Assembly: GCA_028286645.1 (NCBI GenBank) | Contig: JAQBRF010000002.1 | Coordinates: forward strand, 58,518-122,517 | DNA: 64,000 nt | Source of the DNA: Candidatus Nomurabacteria bacterium | GTDB lineage: Bacteria; Patescibacteriota; Minisyncoccia; Phycocordibacterales; UBA5272 | Reading direction: 5' to 3' | Shown: positions 18,699 to 29,123 of the stretch, piece by piece | Numbering within the stretch: the stretch's first letter is position 1 | Layout: each line of letters starts with the position of its first letter | Notes under the pieces: generated by a model | The model's input: the letters and a program-made list of their open reading frames with translations, nothing else | Databases searched by the model: none | What the model was told of the DNA's origin: nothing | Translations under genes and position numbers: made by a program

Positions 18699-19529
18699 AT
18701 GGCAGGCAAAAGTGGAAATAAGAAGATTGGTGTTTTTGATTCAGGATTTGGCGGTTTAGATATTCTAAAAGGAATCACCAAAGAAAACCCTTACTATGAA
18801 TACATATATCTGGGAGATACAGCTCGAAGTCCGTATGGTACTAGAACTCAGGAAACAATTTATACATTTACAACCCAAGCAATAGACTTTTTCTTTGAAA
18901 ATGATTGTGCACTAGTAATACTTGCCTGCAACACCGCTTCAGCAGAAGCTCTCAAAAAGATTCAGGAAGAGTATTTACCACAAAAATATCCTGGGAAGAA
19001 AGTCTTAGGAGTTCTCATTCCTGCCATTGAAGAAGCAATTGAGAAATCCAAAAATAAAAGAATCGGCATCGTTGCTACTAAATCAACCGTAGAATCAGGT
19101 GCATTTACTAGAGAAATAAATAAGAGAGACAAAAGTATTAAAGTATTTGAACAGGCCTGCCCGCTTCTTGTGCCAATAGTAGAAGCTGGGGAACAAAACC
19201 ATCCTGCGACAAAATTAATAATAGAAGGATATTTAAAAAATCTTAAGAAGAAAGAAATAGATACATTGATTCTAGGCTGCACTCATTATGGACTGCTGGA
19301 AAATAAAATAAAAAAAGAATTAGGCAAAGGGATACGCATCATTTCTGAAGCGCGGATTGTGCCTAAGAAGCTAAAAGAGTATCTACAAAACCATCCTGAA
19401 ATTGAAAAGACTCTTTCGAAGAAAAAGAAAGCTGAATTCTATTCAACTGATCTTTCAGAATCCTTTTGCCGTTTAGGAAGCATCTTCTTTGGTGAAAAAA
19501 TAAAAGCAAAAAAAATTACTTTAGAATAG
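18699..19529 (+). CDS. murI: Glutamate racemase
   Basis: IGVFDSGFGG, ILACNTAS, LILGCTHY. Confidence 0.97.
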   Translation: MAGKSGNKKIGVFDSGFGGLDILKGITKENPYYEYIYLGDTARSPYGTRTQETIYTFTTQAIDFFFENDCALVILACNTASAEALKKIQEEYLPQKYPGKKVLGVLIPAIEEAIEKSKNKRIGIVATKSTVESGAFTREINKRDKSIKVFEQACPLLVPIVEAGEQNHPATKLIIEGYLKNLKKKEIDTLILGCTHYGLLENKIKKELGKGIRIISEARIVPKKLKEYLQNHPEIEKTLSKKKKAEFYSTDLSESFCRLGSIFFGEKIKAKKITLE

Positions 19530-19536
19530 ACCTATT

Positions 19537-19800
19537 TTAATGGTAAAGAGCTTGCTCAGCTTCTTGCAGAGCTTCTTCTCTATTTTTATCAAACTTATCT
19601 AGTATTTCGGGGTGAGAATTCACATATTCTCCAAAGATCTTAGCCTGTTCACTCATTGCAAAATCATTAAGACTTTTGTTGTGAGACTTTGCGAGAGCCA
19701 TCTGCATATATAGCTTATTTTGCAATCTTTTCTCAGGTGCGGTAAGAAAACTATCGAACTGAACATTCTCATCATTGCTAAAATGTTCCATGTTATTCAT
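19537..19800 (-). CDS. Hypothetical protein
   Basis: 87 aa ORF overlapping the stop of the upstream ORF. Confidence 0.55.
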   Translation of the reverse strand: MNNMEHFSNDENVQFDSFLTAPEKRLQNKLYMQMALAKSHNKSLNDFAMSEQAKIFGEYVNSHPEILDKFDKNREEALQEAEQALYH

Positions 19801-20026
19801 ATTTTACTTCTCTTTTTAATCTGTCTTCTAACTTCCTTCCCAGCATTCTTCTGGCATCCCCTCTTCCACACACCCAAACTTCGTCTTTCCCGATCTTTGG
19901 CACCACCATATCAAGCGCTTCATTAATTGCTTTCGTAATTTCTTTTTCCATCAATCTCTTTCCAATAGGAATCAACTCGCCGTCAAAAGTTAAATAATCA
20001 TCTTCTATGCAAATGTGATGAATCAT
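19793..20026 (-). CDS. Hypothetical protein
   Basis: 77 aa ORF; TAAACT about 6 nt upstream of ATG. Confidence 0.5.
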   Translation of the reverse strand: MIHHICIEDDYLTFDGELIPIGKRLMEKEITKAINEALDMVVPKIGKDEVWVCGRGDARRMLGRKLEDRLKREVKYE

Positions 20027-20073
20027 AAGAGTAGTTTACAGTTATACGCTGCCCGTTGCCAGTGAACAATTTC

Positions 20074-20676
20074 TTAAAGAAAATACTTATATGCTATATA
20101 AAGTAAAATCAAACCGCCCAGGATAAGGATAGCGCGCTTGGTATGCTTTAAAATATACACACGTGCCTCATCGCCAAATTTATACGAAAAGTACGCCACT
20201 ATTCCGACTCTTATCAATCTCCCTAAGAAAAAAGCAATAATCACAACAATAAAATTTAACGAAAGCAGTCCCGACAGAAATGCAAATATCCTGTCAGGCA
20301 GCGGAGTAAAAGCCGCTAGAAACATTGATATGAATGTATTCTGATGAAGGATGATATCTGTGTAATGAGATATTGTTGCGCCTCCTAGCCATGAGTCAAA
20401 AAAACTTTTATATAAGTTATATAAAAACTTTCCTACTAAATATAAAATAGCCACTCCTGTTGCCGACCCTAGAGCAGAAATTAAACTTAAAACTTTCCAT
20501 GATACATCTTTCCTATAAGTTAATACCGCCGCTACGATTATCTCTGGAAGCAATGGAGAAATAGTTGCTTCAAGCAAAGCTACTATAAACACCGCCGTTT
20601 TAATCCAGGCATGGTGAACTATATACTTAATCCATCTATCAATTCTTCCGAGGGGCTTAGCGTAGTTTTGTTCCAT
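20074..20676 (-). CDS. YqaA/DedA (VTT domain) membrane protein
   Basis: EATISPLLPE, AFTPLP, GRLIR. Confidence 0.85.
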   Translation of the reverse strand: MEQNYAKPLGRIDRWIKYIVHHAWIKTAVFIVALLEATISPLLPEIIVAAVLTYRKDVSWKVLSLISALGSATGVAILYLVGKFLYNLYKSFFDSWLGGATISHYTDIILHQNTFISMFLAAFTPLPDRIFAFLSGLLSLNFIVVIIAFFLGRLIRVGIVAYFSYKFGDEARVYILKHTKRAILILGGLILLYIAYKYFL

Positions 20677-20992
20677 TTTTTAAATTATTACTTGGATTAA
20701 AAAGCGTAAAGTTCGCATCATCATTTGCCGCAAGGATCATTCCATTAGATTCGAGGCCTCTAATGATTCTCGGCTCTAAGTTTGTAACAAAGGGAAATTG
20801 TTTGCCTATTAATTCTTCAATGCTTATAAATTCTCGTATTCCTGAAAGAATCTGCCGGGGTGATTCTTCTCCCAGATCAACTGAGAGCTTATAAAGCTTG
20901 TCCGCTCCTTCCACAATTTCCACAGAAAGAACTGTTCCTACTTTTATTTCTACTTTTGCAAAGTCTGCAATTGTTATTCTTTGTGCTTCCAT
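20657..20992 (-). CDS. tRNA-binding domain protein (MetRS C-terminal/Trbp111-like)
   Basis: ITIADFAKVEIKVG, ADKLY, RQILSGI, NLEPR..RGLESNGMILAA. Confidence 0.9.
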   Translation of the reverse strand: MEAQRITIADFAKVEIKVGTVLSVEIVEGADKLYKLSVDLGEESPRQILSGIREFISIEELIGKQFPFVTNLEPRIIRGLESNGMILAANDDANFTLFNPSNNLKNGTKLR

Positions 20993-20993
20993 A

Positions 20994-21452
20994 TTACCCA
21001 TTTTCTCCATTACCCTCTTCTTCGACTTCTTCGTCTCCCTCACCCTCCTCTTCCGCTATTCCAGGACCATTAGTTTTATCTAAATATCTTTGCAAAATAA
21101 TAGCAGCAGCCTGATCGTCTACTTCGTGTGACCCTTCCTTTCCTGGCTGCTTGCGAGCTTCCATACTTGAATACCACTCCTTTTCAAAGGCGACCCTGAC
21201 ATCTATCGCTTTCTCTATGTCGACACCAAACTTTCTGGCCTGCTTCGCAATTTCATTGGGCTTTCCTTTTTGGTCTACGCTTTCCCCGATAACGACAGTA
21301 GTAAATTTCATGGCCCGTATCAATTCCAAAGTATCTTTCAGAAGATTTTTATCATTAGGAGAAATCATCAGAGGAAATGCGAGCATTCCCTCGTCGTCTG
21401 ACTGCGCAAATCCTACCTTCTTCGATCCGTAATCGATTCCTAAATATTTCAT
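20994..21452 (-). CDS. ruvX: YqgF/RuvX pre-16S rRNA nuclease
   Basis: LGIDYGSKKVGFA.SD, VDDQAAAIILQRYLD. Confidence 0.9.
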   Translation of the reverse strand: MKYLGIDYGSKKVGFAQSDDEGMLAFPLMISPNDKNLLKDTLELIRAMKFTTVVIGESVDQKGKPNEIAKQARKFGVDIEKAIDVRVAFEKEWYSSMEARKQPGKEGSHEVDDQAAAIILQRYLDKTNGPGIAEEEGEGDEEVEEEGNGENG

Positions 21453-21493
21453 TTAGTTAGTATACAAAAAAATTATTATATACCCAACAATTG

Positions 21494-22276
21494 CTAGTTA
21501 GCCGAAGGATCTTGGCCTGTAACTTCTTTATATGTAAGATGCTTTATTGTAGTAGTTGCCATTTTTCCACGTATTCTTTCTTTTTCTGTATAAAGATACC
21601 CCGGCTGTTCATTATTTCTGTCAGACGGATCAAAGTCTTGGGTTATTTCTTTGGCTAATACATATTCTCCGTTTTCATAATGATAGACCTCGCTTGAATA
21701 AAGATCTCCTAATCCTCTCCATTTATCAAAGCTGGTGATTGTCCTTGCGTCTTTATCAAAAGAAGGATTTATTATGCCCGGAAGGGCAAGAACGAAGGCT
21801 TTAGTCTTAGGGTTATATACGTAATAATCCATTCGCATATTATATGCCCCTGAAGATGACAGTACTTCTAAATCTAATATTCCGTCGAAATTTATATCGT
21901 TAAATGAAAAAGGTGAAAATCCTGATACGCCGAATAATTCGGAATAAATAGTATTCTTAGCATTATCTGGCGCAGTAGTAAAATTCAATAAATGTATGAC
22001 GCTACTGGTTCCGCTCATTATATCGGCGTCCCCTTTTTCATCAATGAATATTTCTATGCGGTCTCCATTTTGCGAAAGAGGCTGTGTGCATAAAAATGGG
22101 AAATCATATTTTTCTTCACTGTTTACCATATCTTCACATACAAGCAAAGGCGTAGATGTTGCAGTATTTACTGCGGCAACATCAGACACTTTAGGCCTAA
22201 GGAAGAAACTGTATGCAATACCCCCTATTATTAATAGAGCGATAACCCCACCAGCTATTTTACCTATTTTATTCAT
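21494..22276 (-). CDS. Hypothetical anchored protein (DxNxDG motif)
   Basis: Start reassigned to MNKIGK; N-terminal TM; DINFDGILD. Confidence 0.65.
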   Translation of the reverse strand: MNKIGKIAGGVIALLIIGGIAYSFFLRPKVSDVAAVNTATSTPLLVCEDMVNSEEKYDFPFLCTQPLSQNGDRIEIFIDEKGDADIMSGTSSVIHLLNFTTAPDNAKNTIYSELFGVSGFSPFSFNDINFDGILDLEVLSSSGAYNMRMDYYVYNPKTKAFVLALPGIINPSFDKDARTITSFDKWRGLGDLYSSEVYHYENGEYVLAKEITQDFDPSDRNNEQPGYLYTEKERIRGKMATTTIKHLTYKEVTGQDPSAN

Positions 22277-22350
22277 GCCGTCAGTATATGATAAGTAAGG
22301 TTTAAAAGCGCGTGAAAATGTGATAGAGTATCGTAACAATCGAAAAATAC

Positions 22351-22437
22351 GGAGGAGTGGCAGAGTGGTCGATTGCACCTGTCTTGAAAACAGGAGTCTG
22401 AGTAATCGGACCGTGAGTTCGAATCTCACCTCCTCCG
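22351..22437 (+). tRNA. tRNA-Ser(TGA)
   Basis: GGAGGAG..cctgt-CTTGAAA-acagg, long variable arm, GTTCGAATC. Confidence 0.95.
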
Positions 22438-22552
22438 CAAAATAGGAAGTTCGTAAGAACGACCATATTTTGCGCAGTGCATTTCAAGGAGCGTAATCGC
22501 GACTATGAATATGCCTCCGCAAGATTAGGTGTGGTATTATTTAAAGACCAAT

Positions 22553-23077
22553 ATGTCATTTTTAGTTTTGGCTTATCCAAAGATATCAAAAGAAGATTTT
22601 GATTTTATACAAGCATACCGAAGGGAAAACGATCTTAAATTCTTTAATATTGTAAGCCCACATTTTACAATAGTCTTTTCGACAGATGGTCTTACAAAAG
22701 AAGAATTTGTAAATGAGATAAAAAATAAAGCTAAAGGGTTACAGAAGTTTAATTTTCATCTTAAGGTTGCAACAATAAATAAAGATAGCTTTGATTCTTA
22801 TTATCACGAATTTTTAGTTGCTGATACTGGTAATTCTGAAATAATAAAAATACATGACAAATTATACTCAGGCATACTTTTTAAAAATTTAAGGTTTGAC
22901 ATTGATTTCATACCGCATATCGGGATTGGAAATTCAGAAAATATTTTAGAATCAAAAAAGAGAGTCGACGAGTTAAATAAAAAAGATATATCCATTTTAG
23001 GCACGATAGATAAATTAGACATAGTCGAGTACACCGATAATAAAATAGAGACCCTCGAAGAAGTTTTACTGGATTAA
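22553..23077 (+). CDS. 2H phosphoesterase (2'-5' RNA ligase family)
   Basis: PHFT and PHIG HxT/G motifs. Confidence 0.75.
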   Translation: MSFLVLAYPKISKEDFDFIQAYRRENDLKFFNIVSPHFTIVFSTDGLTKEEFVNEIKNKAKGLQKFNFHLKVATINKDSFDSYYHEFLVADTGNSEIIKIHDKLYSGILFKNLRFDIDFIPHIGIGNSENILESKKRVDELNKKDISILGTIDKLDIVEYTDNKIETLEEVLLD

Positions 23078-23298
23078 TCTTTTTCATAAGCGTTACCGAA
23101 TCTCACCTCCACAAAATCGCGAGCGTATTCGCGACTAGGTTTTGTGGAGTATATTCAAGGAGCGTACCCGCGACTATGAATATGCCTCAACTGGCAGTTT
23201 TGAAAGACGGGTATTAAAATATCTTGTTTTAAGCTACATTTCAAAACGGAAAAGTGATAAAATGCAAGAACCCTGAAGAGATTCGGATTTCAACTGCA

Positions 23299-24195
23299 AT
23301 GAATTATGTACTCGGTTTTTTATTGGTTTTTCTAGAAAAGATAATCATTAGCATCTCTAATGTTTTTGATGGTGAATTATCTAGGACTACCTTTAAATCA
23401 GTTTGGACGATAGTCATCTTAAACGGTCTTCTGATACTTCCTGCTCTTCCAATAATCTTCCTTGTTTTAGAACCAAAAACGATAAGCGCTGGGCAAGTCT
23501 TCCTTATTCTACTAATTGCAGCAATCGAAGTTTTTTATCAAATTCCATATTATAAAGCCCTGCAAAGCACTGACACATCAGTTGTCGCTTCATTATTCGG
23601 ATTCGGCAGCATCTTTACTCCTGTATTCGCATACCTTATTATTCATGAAGTTCTTACTCCGGTACAATACATTGGTTTTACAATCATCGTGATTGCATCG
23701 ATTCTTGCTAGTTTTGATAGAAAAACTTTCAAAATCAATAAAGCTTTCTACTATATGGTTCCTGTTGCAATTCTTCTATCCTTTCAAGATGTAATCCAAA
23801 AAGCTGGACTTGAGCAAATAGATTGGAAGACATTTTATTTTTGGACTTTCGTTCTTTCTCTGCCATTTTATTTGCTCCTCTTATTAGTTATTCGCAGTGC
23901 TCGTACTGAAGTTTCTGATTTTCTTAAAAATCCTTTTAAGAAGAAATTTATTCCTCTCTACGGACAAAATTTAGCCTTATGGATAAGCGGAGGGCTTAGT
24001 ACTCTTGCGCTTTCTTTATTGCCAGTAACAATTCTAAAAGCTTTTGGGTCGTTTCATTCTCTGTTTGTTCATATGGTGGCTGTAATCGCTCCCAAGACAC
24101 TTAAAGTAAAGGGAGAGTCTTTTTCGTGGAAGAAGATTTACCTTTTCATTTTCATGGGCATCGGTATTGCACTTACCTTAGGCATTGGATTTTAG
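23299..24195 (+). CDS. DMT/EamA family transporter
   Basis: About 10 TM; YYKALQ..D.SVVASL..., HEVLT..Q.IG. Confidence 0.75.
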   Translation: MNYVLGFLLVFLEKIIISISNVFDGELSRTTFKSVWTIVILNGLLILPALPIIFLVLEPKTISAGQVFLILLIAAIEVFYQIPYYKALQSTDTSVVASLFGFGSIFTPVFAYLIIHEVLTPVQYIGFTIIVIASILASFDRKTFKINKAFYYMVPVAILLSFQDVIQKAGLEQIDWKTFYFWTFVLSLPFYLLLLLVIRSARTEVSDFLKNPFKKKFIPLYGQNLALWISGGLSTLALSLLPVTILKAFGSFHSLFVHMVAVIAPKTLKVKGESFSWKKIYLFIFMGIGIALTLGIGF

Positions 24196-24229
24196 TAGAT
24201 ATGAACACAACAAATGCTAAAATACACCC

Positions 24230-24991
24230 ATGAAGAAGGGTCCGCAAATCCTTATAGGGACTTCCGGCTGGCATTACAACCATTGGTTGGGCCTCTTTTA
24301 TCCTGAAAGCATTACCGGTTATAACGAGCTAACTCATTTCGCTAAGCATTTCAATACAGTAGAAAACAACTCTTCCTTTTATAGAATTTCAAAAGAATCC
24401 ACTTATAAAACCTGGAAGTCGAAAACTCCAGAAGGGTTTATCTTTTCACTTAAGTTAAATAAAATAATTACTCATATAAATCGCCTTAAGTTAACTGACG
24501 AAGTAAAGGAGAGGACGATTTACATTTTAAATTCCACCCAAGTTTTAGAAAGTAAACTAGGCTGTATTGTTATACAGCTTCCAGCGAGCTTTAAGCTAGA
24601 TGTTAAATTGCTTGAAAGTTATTTAAAATTTTTAGAGAAAGAAATAAAGAAATTAAAATATCCGCCGGATATCGCCATAGAATTCAGGAGGAAAGACTGG
24701 TTTATAGAGAAAGTTTTTACATTATTAAGAAAATATAACGCTGCTATCGTTGCCGCTCAATCCTCCCGATATCCCGACACAAGAGAGGTCACGGCAGACT
24801 TTATGTACATTCGTATGCATGGACCGGAAAAGTTATTTTCCTCATCGTATACAGATGAACAATTAAAAGAATGGGCTAAATACATTAAGAAATCTTCTAA
24901 GCGATTAAAGCGGGCATATGTTTACTTTAACAACGACTTTCATGGGTACGCGATTTCTAATGCTAAAAGATTGCAAGAATTACTATTATAG
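24230..24991 (+). CDS. DUF72 family protein
   Basis: IGTSGWHY..W...FYP, VENNSSFY, YIRMHG, YVYFNND. Confidence 0.92.
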   Translation: MKKGPQILIGTSGWHYNHWLGLFYPESITGYNELTHFAKHFNTVENNSSFYRISKESTYKTWKSKTPEGFIFSLKLNKIITHINRLKLTDEVKERTIYILNSTQVLESKLGCIVIQLPASFKLDVKLLESYLKFLEKEIKKLKYPPDIAIEFRRKDWFIEKVFTLLRKYNAAIVAAQSSRYPDTREVTADFMYIRMHGPEKLFSSSYTDEQLKEWAKYIKKSSKRLKRAYVYFNNDFHGYAISNAKRLQELLL

Positions 24992-25047
24992 TTTTGTTCA
25001 TTCGGGAAATGCCTAAGTACCTAGATTCTTCTTGCTATAATTAAACC

Positions 25048-26286
25048 ATGAAAAAGACCTTATTTGTTTTCTTGGGCATCCTTATTATTATTGCTTTATT
25101 TTACTTTCTCAAAACTCCTACAAAAGAAATCTTGATCGGTAATAATTCAACAATTAAATTAAATATTGTACCGCCCTTAGAACTTGCACCCTACCCTGTT
25201 ACGCTTGCAAATGGGATTGCTTTTAATCTTAATATTCCTAAAGGGTATAAGCTTTTCCCTGCTGCAGAAGGATTTAAGAAAATTAGATTTATGAGCCTTA
25301 GCCCAGACGGGAGACTTTTTCTCACTGATACTTATGACCCAAATGATAACACAAAAGGTAAAGTTTATATTCTTAGTGATTTTGATACTACAACTCATAA
25401 GTACAAAACTATTTCAACTTATCTATCTGATTTGCGCAATCCAAACAGTGCAGCTTTTTATAAAGATAAAAATGGCGACACGTGGTTTTATCTTGCTCTA
25501 ACTGACAAGTTAATAAGATACAAATACACAGAAGGAGAAATGGCTCCGACCGCGGAACCGGAAACCCTTGCAACTTTTCCAGACTACGGCCTTGATTATA
25601 AAAGCGGGGGATGGCATTTAACTCGAACTATTGCGATACATAACGATAAAATATATGTATCAGTTGGCAGCAGCTGTAACGCTTGTGAAGAAAAAGAAAA
25701 TGAAATACGAGCAAGCATAGTTGAGATGAACCCAGACGGAACAAATCAAATCCTGTATGCCGCCGGATTAAGAAATGCTGTTGGAATCAAATGGGTAGGA
25801 GATGCGCTTTTCGCTACAGAAATGGGGCCAGACCATTTAGGAGATACTATTCCGGCAGATAAAATGTATAAGATAGAAGAAAGTAAAAATTATGGATGGC
25901 CATATTGCTACGAAGATAATAGCGGGGTGCGGCCCGATACTACGCAAAAATGGAAGAAGTCTTTTGACTGCAGCACTGTCCCCCTCTCCTTTGCGAAGTT
26001 TCTAGCCCATAGCGCCCCTCTTGGCTTTGAATACTTTGATTCAGATAGCCCGAGCGAGCTTCAAAATAGTTTTTTAGTGGCACTTCATGGTTCAGGAGAA
26101 ACACGAATTGATCATGGATATAGCATTGTGCAAGTAGGGCAAAATGGTGTAGCTCAAAACTTCATTAACGGGTTTTTACAAAATGGCAAGAGAGTGGCTA
26201 GGCCTGTTGATATATTCCAAAAAGATAAAAACTCTTTTCTCTTTAGCGATGATTTCGGCGGCGTCTTATATTACATAGAAAAGTAA
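25048..26286 (+). CDS. PQQ-dependent sugar/sorbosone dehydrogenase-like beta-propeller
   Basis: YVSVGSSCNAC, GLRNAVG, NYGWPYC, AHSAPLG, ALHGS, RPVD. Confidence 0.88.
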   Translation: MKKTLFVFLGILIIIALFYFLKTPTKEILIGNNSTIKLNIVPPLELAPYPVTLANGIAFNLNIPKGYKLFPAAEGFKKIRFMSLSPDGRLFLTDTYDPNDNTKGKVYILSDFDTTTHKYKTISTYLSDLRNPNSAAFYKDKNGDTWFYLALTDKLIRYKYTEGEMAPTAEPETLATFPDYGLDYKSGGWHLTRTIAIHNDKIYVSVGSSCNACEEKENEIRASIVEMNPDGTNQILYAAGLRNAVGIKWVGDALFATEMGPDHLGDTIPADKMYKIEESKNYGWPYCYEDNSGVRPDTTQKWKKSFDCSTVPLSFAKFLAHSAPLGFEYFDSDSPSELQNSFLVALHGSGETRIDHGYSIVQVGQNGVAQNFINGFLQNGKRVARPVDIFQKDKNSFLFSDDFGGVLYYIEK

Positions 26287-26401
26287 AGTTATCTATATTT
26301 TATTTGTCACAAATTCTTCATCTTATACGTTATATACTATATAAAGGCGATAAGGCCTTAAGTAGTTCAAAAAGTAATTATAAGCATTAATTTAAAGAAA
26401 T

Positions 26402-27244
26402 ATGTTAAAAAATAAGATAATAATAGGAATAGGAGCTCTTATAGCTGGTACAACTCTTGCCTTCGCATTAACAGGAGACACAAGCAGCAATGTATCAACA
26501 AATGGAACCGCGGGAAGCGGATCCGTATCCACTCAAGTTTCTGCAAGCTCTACAAGCGGAAATTCTAGTTCCACTACGACAAAGATGACTTCTTTAGTTA
26601 ATAAAGCGAATAAGGAAATCGACGGCCGTGTAGCCGCGCTTAACAAACTAAGAGCAAGAATAGATGGGCTAAAAAATCTTTCTGCAGATAATAAAGCCAG
26701 CCTTTCGGCCAATATTCAAAGCCAGGCAACTGCACTTACTAATTTAAAGTCAAAGATTTCTGGAGATACTGACATTATTACCGCTAAAGCAGACTTTTCT
26801 TCAATTGCGGGGTCATATAGAACATTTCTAGTGTCCCTCCCTACAGATGAAATAACCACAACAATCGATATGCGCTTGGGGCAGATAAATACCCTGGCGT
26901 CATCAACCGCTAACCTCTCGGCCCAGATTCAGACCGCACAGTCCGCAGGAAAAGACGTTACAGCTGCGCAAGCCAAACTCAATGATATGAATGCACGAAT
27001 CTCCGACGCCCAAGCACAGTACAAAGCAGCCATTAACTTGATCGCACCACTAACTCCAGATAATGGTGACAAGACAATAATGGCATCTAATAAGGCCGCG
27101 ATTAAACAAGCGCGTGCCAGCCTAAAAATCGCACTTAAGGATATACAGACCGCACAATCAGACTCCAAGAGTATTACAAGGGCTTTAAAAAAGCTTAATG
27201 TGACAGTAAACGCAACTTCTACGACAAACGTATCAACTCACTAG
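26402..27244 (+). CDS. Secreted coiled-coil protein
   Basis: Signal peptide, Ser/Thr linker, helical AGKDV-type repeats; terminator hairpin at ~27265-27298. Confidence 0.7.
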   Translation: MLKNKIIIGIGALIAGTTLAFALTGDTSSNVSTNGTAGSGSVSTQVSASSTSGNSSSTTTKMTSLVNKANKEIDGRVAALNKLRARIDGLKNLSADNKASLSANIQSQATALTNLKSKISGDTDIITAKADFSSIAGSYRTFLVSLPTDEITTTIDMRLGQINTLASSTANLSAQIQTAQSAGKDVTAAQAKLNDMNARISDAQAQYKAAINLIAPLTPDNGDKTIMASNKAAIKQARASLKIALKDIQTAQSDSKSITRALKKLNVTVNATSTTNVSTH

Positions 27245-27377
27245 AAAATAGAACAAACTTAGAATTTTAAAGCGCCGAATCAGTTCGGCGCTTTAAAATA
27301 CCACGAATAGCTATATTGCCAAGGCGAAGTCATTAAAGTACACTTACCTGCAGAATTAAAAATAATTTATATAAAAA

Positions 27378-27893
27378 ATGGATCCCCTAAATAATACCCA
27401 AGCTCCCGTGCAAGTGCCAAAGCCTCCCGTTAAAGCTGATAGCGGTTTCGAAACTATTCAGAAGTTATTAATGGTATTTATATTCATTCTGACTGTAAGC
27501 ATGTTTTCATACTGGGGATACCAGGCGGTAATGTACATATTAAGCGCAAGCTTCGGAGTAGCAACAGGCTTTACTCCATACGATATGTTTATAGGAATAA
27601 TTGCCATGATCGCAAGTGCTTCGCTTTTCATCGGAAGCATAATGTGGTGGAATAAGCATCTTGGAGCATCAGGATTTCTAAAGTTCGGAGCTTCTGCTTT
27701 TATTATCAAGGACTTGCTTGAAATACCTAAAGCTATAGATCCTCTTACTAAACTAGAAATAGTTAACCGTTACGATCTTACATCTGCCGCAAGCGCTATA
27801 GGATACGACCTATTTAAAATAGGATTCTGGATTCTGACTCTATACATTTTCTCTTACGGCATAAAAAAGTATAAACAGTCGATGAGCGTATAA
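27378..27893 (+). CDS. Membrane protein
   Basis: Four hydrophobic segments. Confidence 0.65.
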   Translation: MDPLNNTQAPVQVPKPPVKADSGFETIQKLLMVFIFILTVSMFSYWGYQAVMYILSASFGVATGFTPYDMFIGIIAMIASASLFIGSIMWWNKHLGASGFLKFGASAFIIKDLLEIPKAIDPLTKLEIVNRYDLTSAASAIGYDLFKIGFWILTLYIFSYGIKKYKQSMSV

Positions 27894-27905
27894 TTTATTA
27901 TTCTT

Positions 27906-28268
27906 ATGGCAAATCAAGATGCCGTTGCTTATATAAGTCAACTATTAAGCCAGAAAGTCTCAAAAGAAGAAATAACACATAATTTGCTTGCAGAAGGTTG
28001 GAATGAGGGAGATATAAATAATGCATTTGCAGAAATAGAAAAGATAGCCATACCTGTACCTCCTCAGCCTCCAGTCACTTCAGAAAAACCACCAGTGGTG
28101 ATTATGATGCTCCCCGCGTCTTCCAATCATGTGTTTTGGAAAGTTACTGCAGCGGTTTTGGGGGCCGTATTAGTGCTGCTAATATTATTTATTGCTTGGG
28201 GATTTTATCTGAATGCCACCGACCCGCAAACATATGGAGTGAAGAAGTCGAATTTGGTCGTTGGTTAA
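27906..28268 (+). CDS. Hypothetical membrane-anchored protein
   Basis: YI...L...EEI...L..GW...DI..AF helical domain plus TM. Confidence 0.65.
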   Translation: MANQDAVAYISQLLSQKVSKEEITHNLLAEGWNEGDINNAFAEIEKIAIPVPPQPPVTSEKPPVVIMMLPASSNHVFWKVTAAVLGAVLVLLILFIAWGFYLNATDPQTYGVKKSNLVVG

Positions 28269-28410
28269 TTAAATAAAACAGAAGGCTCGGTAAACCCACC
28301 GCTCTTTAACTTATCCTCCTAAGTCTTTTCTTTTGAGCGCTGCATATCATATAACGAAAGTTTTTAAAAGTTCTACAACAAATCAGATTGTGATAGAATT
28401 TTGTCTACGT

Positions 28411-28890
28411 ATGCCAATCAAGGTTCCCTACTACAAACAATCCACAGACTATACATGCGGGCCAGCGAGCCTTCGCATGGTATTTGAGTACTTTGGAAAA
28501 AAACACACGGAGAAGGAGCTCGCGAAACTATTAAAAACTAATCCTAGAATCGGGACTCATACTGATAGCTTGGAACCATTTGTAAAAAGCCATGGATTTT
28601 ATACACACACGAAGAAAGGGTCAGCTTTGGAAGATTTGAAGCAATCTATATCAAAAGGGCACCCTGTAATAGTGGATTACTACATTCCAGAAACCAACGA
28701 AAGGCATTTATCTGTTGTAATTCATTATGATGATACTCATATAATAATGAACGATCCATGGAATGGTGAAGGATATAAAATCCTTACGGAAGAATTTAAG
28801 AAACAATGGGTATCAGAAAATAACCGCTATTCTTCCTGGATGATGAGTGTATCGGATAAACCAATTGTGTTAAACAAAGAAATTTTATAG
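28411..28890 (+). CDS. C39-like cysteine peptidase
   Basis: VPYYKQ...TCGPASL.MV..Y, H.SVV, NDPW. Confidence 0.85.
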   Translation: MPIKVPYYKQSTDYTCGPASLRMVFEYFGKKHTEKELAKLLKTNPRIGTHTDSLEPFVKSHGFYTHTKKGSALEDLKQSISKGHPVIVDYYIPETNERHLSVVIHYDDTHIIMNDPWNGEGYKILTEEFKKQWVSENNRYSSWMMSVSDKPIVLNKEIL

Positions 28891-29123
28891 ATGACCTCGT
28901 TTCTTATGCCATTAGCAGGGTATCTTTCTGCGTAATCAATTTATCTCCACAAGTTGATTCTGGGGCAGGGCAGGAATCGCTTCTCCTTTCACTCGAAACT
29001 GCGGATTTTAACAGATTGATTACGGTCTAAAAAATCCGTAGCCTTCGGTTCGATTCCTGCCGAGGGCTGCATATGTGAAAAGAAAAAACCACTTAATAAA
29101 ATAAATGGTTTTTTCTTTTCATG

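Noticed and set aside
22277-22487. ORF extensions antisense to tRNAs (21494-22429 N-terminus, 22302-22487, 17292-17534)
   Set aside because: They are shadows of tRNA genes; the true start of the first lies at 22276.
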